A stretch of 64,000 nucleotides of DNA from the human T2T-CHM13v2.0 reference genome, Homo sapiens (GCF_009914755.1 NC_060939.1), one strand, 5' to 3'; numbered from the stretch's first letter, positions 16,422 to 29,129 are shown. A program made the numbers and translations. The notes: generated by a model not told the origin, from the sequence alone.

Positions 16422-17352
16422 TCAGCATGGATAGCACTGAAAAAGATGAAGCCTTCCTTTATCTGAAGGTATACCTTTATAAACACTTTATCCAGCTTGC
16501 TTTTTGCCTTCTGGATGAGGTAAGTAGCTAAGCCAAAAGGTTAGCAGATTCAATTTTTCTTTCAATTAGTTGCTTCAGTTTTTTATTTGCCTTTTGCAAA
16601 TAGTCTTTTAAAAGAGGCAATAAAATTTTTGAAACCTTCTTAGAAGCATCTGCACATCAATAGGCTTCCCGGGTGAGCCTAGTTCTGGAGCCCACATTTT
16701 AAAATGCACTTCTTAAAGTGCAGTGCCGTTCATTTGGAACCATCCACATAACGGCATTGTAATTTTAAATTATCTTCAGTAAGACTTTGCCTTTCAGGGC
16801 CTAATACTAATACATGTAAAGGTAGACATGACAAGAAAGTGGAGTACTCAATTCTTCCAAAGTTAAGGATCCCATTTTTATGTTGAATGTTGGCCTTGGC
16901 TCTCAGATCCCCTTAACCAGCTTAGCCAATGATTTTTCTTTACCTAAACATGCAAGAAAAAGAAATGATGAGGATAGGACACAAAATCCCTGCAAATTTC
17001 TGAAAGCTGGAGTTTGCACCCCCTTCAGTAATTGCCATTTACTGCCAGTTTCCCTTTGATTCTGTCAGACATCTGAGGCCTATAGCTGGATCCAGTCCAG
17101 TTAATTATTGGATCCAATCCAATCCTGGATCCAGTCCAGTTGCTTTCGTGACTTCCGAACCCAATTCAGTTAAAAAAAAATTGCTCATATAAACTAGGAG
17201 AGCTCTAGACACAACGCTGTGGAGTTCAGAACTCAAGAGAAAAACTAACCCATGACCTCCAGTTACAAACGAGAGCAGTGAGCACTTTGGGCTCCATGGA
17301 TACCTCACCTGGTTGCCTGGTGTTCCTGGGGGTCATTGGAGTCTGACTTTGA

Positions 17353-17370
17353 GTCCCACTTGTGACACTA
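17353..17370 (-). other. Primer-binding site, tRNA-Leu(CAA)-like
   Basis: Minus strand TAGTGTCACAAGTGGGAC versus TGGTGTCAGAAGTGGGAT (15/18), 3 nt after the 5' LTR. Confidence 0.75.
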
Positions 17371-20300
17371 ATCTCTTAAAAGAAAAACCTTAGACAAATA
17401 AGAGTTTAATAGAGCAAAGAACAGTTTGTGAATCGGGTAGCCCTCAGAAGCAGAACAGGTTCAGAAAGACTTTGGGGCTGCCACATGACTGGACACTTAT
17501 GGACACAAAAAGGGAAGGATTGTACAGAAAACAGAAGTGACTTATAGAAACAGCTGGCTCACTTAGAGCTTGGAGTTCGCTTTATTTGAACCTGGTTTGA
17601 ATACGTGGCCACCTGTGATTGACTGAAACTTGGCTGCCCTGATTGGCTGAGACTCAGTTATCTGTTACAAAGCCAAATTCCTAAATTAGATTTATGGTTT
17701 GTTTACAGAGTTAGGTTTTGGTTACATAAGGGCTTGAGTATGCAAATATGGAGGCTTTCTCAAATCACGTTTCGTTTAATTTAACACCTTCATAAATAGG
17801 ATGGACTTAAGAGATCATCCCAACCTCCTTACTGTACAGATCAAGAGATGGGGGTCCGGAAAGCTGCTGATGTTCATGCTGTGAGTTTAACACCAGGAAA
17901 CAACAATTTATCAGTAGAACTGTGTGTTAGTTTAAAGAAAGCAATGGCAGAATGGAGGCAGAACTCTAAGGAAAAATGAGGAAAGTGATGCTTAAGTAGC
18001 TAGCGGACCAACAGAAATGTCAGAGAAGAAATCATATTCTCTGTCTCATAGGCACCAGTATTTCCTGGGACTGTTTACTGAGTAGGTGCTTAGTGAAGAT
18101 TGAATAAATGCCAACGTACAGAAAAGCAACACCAGAAATCAGAGAGTGACAACCACAGCCTTGTTTCTGCTGCCCAAATGTTAATGGGTTGACTTGCATT
18201 AAAAATCAAAGACAAAACAGGCAGCTACTTAATGGTTTGCCAGCCAAATAAAGAAGCTCATGCTGTGAGCAGCTAAGATAATAGTTCAAAGGAATGCTAC
18301 CCAAGGAGGACAGGTAAGCAATTTCCAGATTCAGCCAAGGGTTCCAGGACTAACATAAGGATGTACAATTATAAAGAAAGACTGATGAGGACCTGCCCAA
18401 AGCATGTGGAGAAGGCCAAGAGGGGGTTAGGGGAGGTGCTGCAAATACCATGACAATAGAGACCACTGGGAACCTCAGAGAAAAGGGAAAAGGGGCATAT
18501 ATTTTCAATAAAATACTGACACATGTAAGAGAAAATGGAAATGTGAATTAGACATAAATTTATAGAAAAATAAAGCTAACATTATCTGCCTTTAATGCAG
18601 ACATTTAAATTTCCAGCAGATGGAGATGTTACCACGTGAAAGAGAAGTTTGACAGGTGGACTCAGCTTCGCTTTCTAAAACATGATGGTTTGTTTCTTAG
18701 GAGTGAGACAAAGAGAAGACCCCTAAAATAGGTAGACTCCTGAGCTTTAAATAAATAATACTTTTTAAAAGAAACTTTAAGTGTTACCTGAGTTCCTAAT
18801 TCAGAGGGTTAGCTTTTTAAATGATGAAAGCATTCGCCAGTTGTTTCCTTGTTTTAGAAGAATTTGGCAAAAATCATTTGTTTTCTAAGCTTTGTGTTTG
18901 GAAACAGAACAGAAAAGGATTCTGTTCGCCTCGTAATCAACATGTATTTGCATTACACTGCTTGCTACTTTAGGAGGCAAGGTTTCCGGGTTTTCTGTTT
19001 TTGTTTGTGCTGTCTTTTTCTTTTCTGGTCTCTAGAGATTCCTTTGCAGCCTATGGGCATAGGGTCAAGTTGTTTTCAGTTTGCTTGTGTTTTGTTTTAG
19101 GCTTCTTAGGACTTGGGTCGGATGCTTTTATCACGTTTGAAGAATGAATAGCTGTGCGCTGGAAACTAGCTGCTAGGCATAACTCATTAACGTTAAAAAA
19201 AAAAACAGGCTGAGAGACTATAGAAAGGGATCTTTTTGACTGACATTGTTGTCTGGGTGAACTCAGGTGTTAGGGAAACATTTACATTATCTGCTCAGGA
19301 TGCTGTGATTTGGTGATTCTCTCCAAACCAAATGGTACCCAAGAATCGGGGCTTACACGGGGTTTCACTGTAGACAGACAACGTGCCTTGAGATTTAAAG
19401 GGTATCATTTTTTTATAATTTGTTTTTCTTCCCTAGAGTCTTTTTCCTAATATGTATAAACAAAATAACTCAAAATTCATTCAAATGCATTTTCAGGAAA
19501 AAAGGAAATATGCTGTTTTAGATTTTAGTCTTAGAATAAATTCCAGGTGGAGGATGAATGGGTCAGTGGGTATGAATTATGTTGCCTGATATCTGTCTTA
19601 CTTTCCCGAAAGCTGTACCAGTCATATGAAGATACAACTTTCATCCCGAACTTGCTTTATGTGCTGTCCTTAAAAAAGAGAGAAATCTTTCTTGTTGATT
19701 GTAAGTATATACAACAAAGGCTTAGAAGGAAATATTATGGTCTGGTCAGGGAATCTCAGGCATGTAGCTCAGAATCCTGGTCAGCACAGCTTAGGAAAAG
19801 CATCTTAAAGATTTTTTTCTCAGCCCAGAACCCCTCTTCCAAACTGCTCTAGGTTCAAGCAAAGGTTACCCTCCCTTGGCCAGGGGACCTCTTGCTGCCT
19901 GCCAGCCAGGGATGTCTGGATCTTCTTTTGATCTTATTTTCCCCCCTCAACCCAGAGCTATTTAATCTCTCCTGGGAGAGACAGAGGCATTTGTTATTTG
20001 GCCATCAACAGTTAACTGCTTTTGTGGTTTACACACATAAACAGAAGACAAATCAAAACTACACTCAGGATATCACACTTTCTCTGTAAAACCTGAGACT
20101 TTAACAAGAACTTACTTTACCTTCTTTCACATAAATCATCCCTTGAATTCATCCAGAAAGAGGCAATCAGTTTGCGTTTTTAACACTCTTGAGGGCTTCT
20201 TAAATTTCTGCTGCATAGCTGCTTGGTTTGTTCCCTTTAGCCTGTAGGTGATTCATTAATTTGCTCACCAAACCTATATGGAGTACCCACTAGGTGCCAG

Positions 20301-20648
20301 GTACTTTATAGTAGGAGAATGTGGGTGAAGTGATGGAAATTTATCCTTAGTAATGGGGAACACAGCAACTTTCATGCAGGCTTTATTGGTTTTGGGTCAG
20401 TAATGTCATCTTCATTTCCAAAGGACGGCTGATTTTTCCATCTACCAGAATGTGTTCCTTACTGAAAGGTCTTCTGTTGTTCAGCTCTTCCTGTATGCCC
20501 AGCTTTAGATGAAGGGGGGAAAAATAAAAACAAGAAAGCCAGTCCCTATAGGACAGAGTGGTCTGGTAGGAGATCATCTCAGCTACTCTAATTTGCTCAC
20601 CAATTTTACTTACTTGTTTCATTCGAGTATTGATTTGATTCTTTGGAG

Positions 20649-20651
<3 letters not shown>

Positions 20652-20681
<30 letters not shown>
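20652..20681. repeat. (TG)n microsatellite
   Basis: Direct reading. Confidence 0.95.
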
Positions 20682-20683
<2 letters not shown>

Positions 20684-20734
20684 GGAGGGAGCAGGCTTTG
20701 GATGTTTGTATGGACTCAGGCATATTGAGTCCTT

Positions 20735-21790
20735 TTTTAAAAAAATTGTGATAATATGATAAAATATATATATATAAAAAACATAAAACTTACCATCCAA
20801 TATGGTTTGGCTGTGTCGCCACCCAAATCTCATCTTGAATTGTAGCTCCCATAATTCCCATGTGTTGTAGGAGGTGACCCGGTGGGAGATAATTGAGTCA
20901 TGGGGGTGGTTCCCCCATACTGTTCTCATGGTAGTGAATAAGTCTCATGAGATTTGATGGTTTTATAAGGGGAAACCCCTTTTGCTTGGTTCTCATTCTC
21001 TCTCTTGCCTGCTGCCATGTAAGACTTGCCTTTCACCTTCCGCCATGATTGCAAGGCCTCCCCAGCTGCATGGAACTGAGTCCATTAAACCTCTTTGTCT
21101 TTATAAATTACCCAGTCTTTATCAGCAGCGTGAAAATGGATTAATCCACCATCTTAACCATTTTTAAGTGTACAGTAGTGTTAAGTACATTCACATTGTT
21201 GTGCAACAAATCTCTAGCATTCTTTTCATCTTCCAAAATGAAAACTCCATACCCATTACACAGAAACTCCCCATTTCCCTTTCCCTTCAGCCCCTGGCAA
21301 CTATTATTCTACTTTCTGTCTCTGAATTTGACTACTCTAGGTACCTCCGAGCAGCAGAATCATATGTTATTTGTCATTGTGTGACTGGCTTATTTCACTT
21401 AGCACAATCACCTCAAGGTTCATCCATGTTGTAGCACGTGTCAGAATTTCCTCTTTTTTTTTTTTTTAAGGCTGAATGATATTCCACTGTATGTTTATAT
21501 CACATTGTGTTTACCCACTCATCCACTGATGGGCAGTTGATTGCTTCTACCTTTTGGTTACTGTGAATGATGTTCCTATGAATGTGAGCGTATTCATATC
21601 TCTTCAAGACTTTGTTTTCAGTTCTTTGAGGTATATACAAAGTAGTGGAATTGTTATGTGGTAATTCTATTTTTAAATTTTTGAGAAACTGTCATACTGC
21701 TTTCCACATGGCTATACTATTTTACATTCCCACCAACAGTATATATAAGGGTTCCAATTTATCCACATCCTTGCCAACACTTGCTATTTT
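20735..21790 (-). mobile_element. L1MB-type 3' end fragment, split by the THE1 LTR
   Basis: The L1 3'UTR reverse complement (AAAACTTACCATC|TTAACCATTTTTAAGTGTACAG...GGCTTATTTCACTTAGC...CCCACCAACAGT) rejoins across the LTR. Confidence 0.75.
20798..21148 (+). mobile_element. THE1B-like solo LTR (ERVL-MaLR), sense to host gene
   Basis: ATATGGTTTGGCTGTGTC..CACCCAAATCTCATCTTGAATTGTAGCTCCC...CAGCAGCGTGAAAATGGATTAAT. 5-bp TSD CCATC at 20793-20797 and 21149-21153. Confidence 0.88.
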
Positions 21791-21796
21791 CTGGGT

Positions 21797-22069
21797 TGTT
21801 TTTTTTTTTTTTTTTGACACAGAGTCTCGCTCTGTCACTCAGGCTGGAATGCAGTGGCATGATCTTGGCTCACTGCAACCTCCACCTCCTGGGTTCAAGT
21901 GATTCTTCTGCCTCAGCCTGTAGCTGGGACTACAGGCGCCCACCACCACACCCAGCTAATTTTTGTATTTTTATTAGAGACAGCATTTCACCATATTGGC
22001 CAGGCTGGTCTTGAACTCCTGACTTTGTGATCCGCCCACCTCAGCCTCTCAAAGTGCTGGGATTACAGG
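21797..22069 (-). mobile_element. AluS, first ~20 nt missing
   Basis: Reverse Alu dimer ending at GGGATTACAGG with no GTGAGCCACC...GGCC head. Confidence 0.88.
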
Positions 22070-22836
22070 TTCCATTTTTGAGGGTGAAATAATAAATCAG
22101 AATGAGCAACATATTCTGGGCAATCCCTGAATTTTCAGATAAATAGAAACAAAGCAGGAAATGCTCACATTGGCCTTTATATATACCTACTATCAAAAAC
22201 CAGACAGGATGGACCCAGTGAAATATAGGCCAAGGGCTTAAGAGAGCTCATATTACACTTTCTGTCTTTTGATGTTATCTGAGTTTCATGGCATTATCTG
22301 TTTTTGGCGAACGTCCATATGACTTTAGCTGGACAAGGAAACCAGGAAGGAAATAGGAAACCAAGATGGAAAGAAATATTTCCTTCCTTTACCCTTTTTT
22401 ACTTAAAGGGTAAAAGTATTGGAAGATTCAGGATTGCATAGATAAGCTGTGGCAAGTTTGACTTTCCTTTACATAAGTCTACAGAGGCTAAATCCAATTT
22501 TGGATCTTGTATCTCCCTATGTCTACTTTGTCATATAGCCCTCCTTTGACGTCTAGCCCTCTGAACCCACAGTAACAGGCCTTGAATGTCCTTGATTTAA
22601 ACTCGTGTCTGCATTTGTCAGAGCTCTGCCCTGAGGAGTAGTTTACCATATTGAGTTACCTAGCAATTTTCCTTGAATCCTGATCTACAGAGTAGAGTTG
22701 GAAGGGGAGTAGGAATAACTGGGATTACTGTCAGAAAAAAATCACATCCTTTCATCTCAAATATATTGGGCTTTCAAAGAAAATTTGTCTCTTTTTCCGG
22801 GCTCCTCAATTTTTAGGTAATTATGATTGGCTAAAT

Positions 22837-23466
<630 letters not shown>

Positions 23467-24289
23467 TGGTTGGCTAAATATATCCAAGAGAAAGTAGAGC
23501 ATCAAGCTTTTGCTACATATTTAAGGTGAAGTCAGGGAACTGAGTCTAGGGAAAAAGCCAGTGTCACACACCTGGCTATATTTATGTTCCGTGTCAGAGG
23601 AAGGGCGGGCGACCAGGGTTTATTCCAGGTATCTGAGTCTGTAGTCACACGCTTTCCATTGAATCTGAGTATGCTTGTTAGTGGGAACTTTCACTGAAGG
23701 AAAAGAATAGTGAGTCCTTCATTAAGACTTGTGTTTATCAGTGGCTGATGATTGAACTGCAGGAGACGATGGCCTCTCAGAACACAAGAGACTCTCACAA
23801 GAAGGAAGATTAAAACTAGGTCTCTGTCCAGATCCAATAACAAAATGAAACTTGCAGGTGGCTGTTTGCAAGAACCATACAGAGGAAGGAAATAGAATAA
23901 TGAGACCCTCAACAGCATTTCTAGATTTGGCTACTGAGCAGCTGGAGTCCTGAAATGCAGCCAAAATGCCGTGGAACCCATCTCCCTACTCTTCTTCCAG
24001 GGATATTTTAACTTGGCCATGTTTCTATGATAATTTTCAGAGAAAATTAAAAGAACAGGCAGCTCAGAAGGGCTCTGACGACAGCCCAAGATCAATTTAC
24101 TACTTAAGAGCAAGAGAATATGCAAATGAAGCCTTGAGACCACTGGGGACTACTGCCCACCCCCAACTTTTCTGCCAGGGGTTGCCACATATTGATAAAT
24201 GTCGATATTTCCATGTCTGCAATTCTTATAAAGCTTCCAAATGCAGACATTCCCCTACTTCCCTAGGCATCTAGTTTCACGGGAGAAGA

Positions 24290-24475
24290 GGTTAACTTTT
24301 ATTGAGTGCCTGTGCTTTTACAAGCATTCTCTTATTTGATTCACAGACAAATCTTTAAGATAAGCCTTGTCATACCGATTTTGACAGGTAAGAAAAGCAA
24401 GGTTCATAGACTTACTTTGTCCAATGACACAAGCTTATTAAGTAGAAGAACTCAGATTCAAACCCAGGTAAGGAC
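24290..24475 (-). mobile_element. MIR
   Basis: CCGATTTTGACAGGTAAGAAAA...GTCCAATGACACAAGC...GATTCAAACCCAGG resembles the reverse MIR core. Confidence 0.65.
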
Positions 24476-26006
24476 TATGCAGAGATCATCCTCTTTCTCT
24501 TTTACTTGTATGCCTTTCAGTAGATTCTCCAGTGTGCTAGGTAGTTTGTCTAAAGGCCTAACCATCATCCTTCCTGCCACATTTCTTTGAATATAATTAC
24601 ATTTTGAAGGTTCTAATGAACCCTGAGGGCCTTGGCTATGGAACCATAATGCTGGCAGCAGCTAGTTCTGCAGAGCATCTCTGTGTCTCAGAGAGCTTGA
24701 GAGGAAAGCTACACCTCATTTAACTCAATGGCCACCATCCAAATTGTCCCACGGTCAAGAAGCGGGCTGCTTTTCATGTGTCTTCTGTACACACCCTTTG
24801 TTCTTCCTTTTTGTCTTTTCCCATCCTTTCCCTTCAAATACCACCAAATACTGTTTCAGCCTGAGGTTTCAATTAGGTTCTGGCACGATGAGCTCATGCC
24901 ACACTTTGTGTGGCCACGACAAGAACATCCTTCCCAGCGCTTCCTTTGAGAGGGAGCCGGGACTGCTGAATTTGCTTTTCTTGCAGCCACAAGGGAACCT
25001 CCGTTTCTCATTTGTTCAAATCCTTGTTTGTCTTTGGGGAAGTGAAATGCTTGCATTTGATTGTGATTGGGATGGATTGACGTCTTTTAAAGTCCTGGGG
25101 AGGAATGAAAGCCAAGCTTACTCAGGGGGATTATGCCCCCTGCGTTCAGTTCCAGTTGAATGTGGAGGGCTGCATTCGTTTGGTAAATAGTGGTGGAGGG
25201 GCCCGCCCCTGCCTTTTTCTCTCGGTGGTTGTGCATATTTGGACAGAACGTGTTCTGCCTACAGAGAGGGCCTGAAATAGTCTCTCAGCAAATAACTGCG
25301 GCCTGAATGGGATGAATGAATGAGGCTGGCAAGTTTCTTCAGGGTCACAGTTTCCATCTTTTGGTAAAAATGATCACTTTCCATACTTGCCATGTAAATC
25401 CAATGAGCCTTCATGCAGGAATAAACTCACCACGCTACCAGGGAGAGAGGTGAGCCTTGGTTCCCAGGCCCTTGTAGAATCTCAGGGAAAAGGCTGGAGT
25501 CTGGTTGGTGGAATCAGCCCCTTACCCGTGTCCTTTGTGTCTGTCCCTGTGTTTGTGCGTGAGCAGATGGCTCCTACTCTGTCTGGCTTCCTATTTATTT
25601 TGTTTTGAAAGCTCCTGGGTGTCTGGGATTGTATCTATTCATCCCCCTCTGTACAGAGGCATGTAAATGAGATTGTTAATTCAATTGAGCAATTGATTAA
25701 GCTGTTTTTAGTGTGCTTAGCACTGTCCTAGGCACAGCAGGGAGGCATGAAAGAAGCCCCAGAGGAGTCTCTATCTGTGACCTTGAGCAGCTCCAGGGCC
25801 TTCCGGAGCCTCCTATTCTCATCCGTAAAGTGAGAATGTCAGACAGACTAGCTGATTTCTATAAGGAGTCTTCCTGCTCCAAGGTTCTCCGATTGAGGCA
25901 ATCACTAAGATGGAATGATATGAAATCAGATAAAAATTAAGACCCATTGTAGTTAAGAATATAATTGAGTTACATAGAAAAATGTGTTATTTGGTTGTAT
26001 CCAGAG

Positions 26007-26168
26007 TACGGTTGCTTGTAAATAATACAGGATGCCCAGTTAAATGTGAATATCAGATACACAATATTTTTTTTTTTTTACCATATTTAGTAGAAGTATG
26101 TCCCATTCAATGTGTGCTGCATATCTGAGATATTTAACTGAGCATCCTGTATTTATTTGGCAGCCCTA
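26007..26168. mobile_element. MER53 palindromic hAT MITE
   Basis: TACGGTTGC..AATACAGGATGCCCAGTTAAAT...ATTTAACTGAGCATCCTGTATT..GGCAGCCCTA. Perfect 8-bp TSD ATCCAGAG at 25999-26006 and 26169-26176. Confidence 0.85.
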
Positions 26169-26253
26169 ATCCAGAGAGATGGTGCAAACTAGACACTTAA
26201 AGGTGGGCTTCCCCTCTGGGCTGTCATACACTCTGTTGTCCAAACACATTTGT

Positions 26254-26557
26254 CTTTTTTTTTTTTTTTTTTTTTTTTTGAGACGGAGTTTTACTGTGTT
26301 TCCCAGGCTGGAGTGCAGTCGTGCAATCTTGGCTCACTGCCACCTCCACCTCCTGGGTTCAAGCGATTCTCCTGCCTCAGCCTCCTGAGTAGCTGGGACT
26401 ACAGGCAAGTGCCACCACGGCCGGCTAATTTTTGTATTTTTAGTAGAGACGGTGTTTCACCATGTTAGCCGGGATGGTCTAGATCTCTTGACTTGGTGAT
26501 CCACCCGCCTCAGCCTCCCAAAGTGCTGGGATTACAGGCGTGAGCCACAGTGCCTGA
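26254..26557 (-). mobile_element. AluS (Sc-like)
   Basis: Reverse Alu dimer with a long poly(T). Confidence 0.9.
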
Positions 26558-27448
26558 TTGGCCTTTTCACTCCTCCTCCTCCTGCCGCAGAGCATGTGCA
26601 TAGGCTGGTGCTACTGCTTGGGATGTCTTCCTCCCTACTCCTCCTTCACAGAGCTAACTCCTACTCATCCTTCAGATTTCAGTTCAGTTCAGAAGTCACT
26701 TCCTCAGTAAAACCTTTCCTGATACCCTGGACTAAGTCGTTTCTCTATTGTATATGCCCTGGGAGACTTTGCCATCACAGCACTTGCTACAATTTGGCGT
26801 TTATACAGTTGCTTGCATTTTTGTGTATTTAATAAAATTAATGTGAGTCCCTCTGACATCTCCACCCGCTTCTACTCAGCACTAGACAGATATTTCTGAA
26901 CAGATGTCAGTATGAAAGGCTTCCCAGGAGTCGTAGGTCTGGAGCTCAATGCTGAAGGTGGGTTTGTGAAGGCAGATTGGAGAACCAAGGATAGTCTGGA
27001 CAGGTGAATAGAAGAAACAGAGCCACTGAGGTGGGAATGCCTTTGCTGTGTTTCTGTAACAATGAGGAGAACCATTGAGTAGTTACAGGCCCAGTTGAAG
27101 AGGGCGGTGTCCTTGAAACCTGCCTTAGGAGTCGGATGCGGATATTCTGAGGATGGTGAAGGACCGGATGGCTGTGAGGAGAGGAGTAACATGATGAAAC
27201 ATGTTGAAAGTCACTTGTTAGTGGGTTTTATTAAACCCCAAAACGGGGAGCTCAGTAGCCAAGAGCCCTCTGGGAGGCTGCTAAGGGACATGCCGTGAAG
27301 GTGACAGAGGACATCCAGTCTAAAAGTCCCCACTGAGCTCCACTGCCCCCCAGGTGCAAAGCCTGTGCTAAGCATGGCAGCTCACAAGGACTGGGCAGAG
27401 GCACAGACAATTCTCACTCATTGGTTTCTGCAGTCAAAAGTTGAGACT

Positions 27449-27748
27449 GGCCGGGTGCTGTGGCTCACACCTGTAATCTCAGCACTTTGGGAGGCCAAGG
27501 TGGGCAGATCGCTTGAACTCAGGAGTTCGAGACCAGCCTGGGCAACATAGTGATACCCCACCTCTACAAAAAATACAAAATTAGCTGGGCATGATGGTGC
27601 ATGCCTATAATCCCAGCTACTCAGGAGGCTGAGGCAGGAGAATCGCTTGAACCCGGGAGGCAGAGGCTGCCAGTGAACTGAGATCACGCCACTGCACTTC
27701 AGCTTGGGCCACAGAACAAGCCCCTGTCCCCCGACTCCCAAAAAAAAG
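27449..27748 (+). mobile_element. Alu (old S/J boundary type)
   Basis: GGCCGGGTGCTGTGGCTCACACCTGTAATC... dimer with a degenerate A tail. Confidence 0.88.
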
Positions 27749-27899
27749 ATGGTGCGAGCTGGGGTTCCTTGGAGTTTTCCCCTGAATTCCTGGATGATGT
27801 CATACCAGAACATTCTTTTGCTGAAGCCATCAAAACTCTCTTCCTGCTACAACCTTCCTTTTCCAGTGTCTCCCAAGTCTGCTTCTCAGTGTTTTGAAG

Positions 27900-27902
27900 A
27901 GA

Positions 27903-27950
<48 letters not shown>
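27900..27950. repeat. (GA)/(CA)n microsatellite
   Basis: Direct reading. Confidence 0.95.
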
Positions 27951-28104
27951 GACTTTGTTGAGCACATGGCCTGTTGTTCAGGCGTCGGGATTCGCTGAGT
28001 GGACCCACGCATTCAAGTGCCAGCCTTTTCCACCTGATGAACCCGTGTGCTTTTATCGCTGTTGAGTGCTTTGGCCGTGTACCAATAGACTCTGAATGAA
28101 ACGT

Positions 28105-28328
28105 GTGGATGTGCACACACATATCTACATATACATGTATACATACATGTAGACACATGTATATACATACACACATATGCCCTATAAATACATACTCTGA
28201 TACACCCACATATCTATACCATATGTACACATGCATACATAATATACACATATGCATGTACACACATAAAACATGTACATGCGTACATATGCACACACAC
28301 ACACACATACCTATACGTATACATACCT
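28105..28328. repeat. Degenerate alternating purine-pyrimidine tract (CA/TA/TG mix)
   Basis: ACACACATATCTACATATACATGTATACATACATG... over about 220 bp. Confidence 0.9.
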
Positions 28329-29129
28329 ATTTTACTGAGATGGTAATAGCAGGGGATAGGAAGTCAAGCCGTCCTCCCCTGGGTATTGCCTGCAGAGGTG
28401 CTACCACTTCCTCTGCCTCTGACTTTCTCTGGTTTCCAAGACCTTTACTTTATGTGGCAGTTTGTACCAGAATTCCCTTCCCTGACTTCCTTCTCAAAGC
28501 TCTCAACAGCCTCAGTTCCTGACGGGAGAAACCCCAGCCACATCATCTTGCTGGAGGATACGTATCTATTCTGTGTTTTAACACATATATCCGCTCAGAT
28601 AGTTAGACATTTTCCAAAGCTGTAAAACACCGGCCATGACCTCCCGCTTCTGCTGAAGCTGTCAAGCCGCTTTCTTGACAGTTGGCCAGACTGGCTTACT
28701 ACTGGCAGAATCCCTTTCCAACTTACTTTTTATTAAATATAACATTTTAAGATGTAACACAACATGTCACACAGCATGAAGAGTTTTGAACGGCATGGTG
28801 CCTTTTCATAATGGCATTTGTTTTCAGTCGTTTTTTCCTGCTTTGGATTTAATGTGACATGAGAGAAATAGGAAACATTTCAGAAAAAGGTTGGGTAACT
28901 TGGACAAGGTTCACTTAGCCAAATCCCATGAAACTATGTGTCTAGGAACTTTCTACGAACAGGAAGCTACTGCTGTTCCCTGTTCAGGTTTTAAGTGTGC
29001 AGGATGCAAGCTGTGGCACTTCCCAGGACTCTAGACAAGTTTTGCTCATTCTTTCTGTGAGAACAATGGTCTTGCATGACCTGGACTGCTGGTTTACCTC
29101 TGCAGCCTCACCAGGTATCAGCTTGTGCT

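Noticed and set aside
17353-17370. tRNA gene or fragment
   Set aside because: Only an 18-nt match to a tRNA 3' end next to an LTR, which is a primer-binding site; no cloverleaf or A/B boxes.
25190-25260. GC box plus AGAACGTGTTCT as promoter or steroid response element
   Set aside because: Single GC box with no CpG island, and the half-sites lack the 3-nt spacer of a GRE/ARE.
27699-28522. HT/CV-repeat ORFs
   Set aside because: Translations of (CA)n and RY low-complexity tracts.
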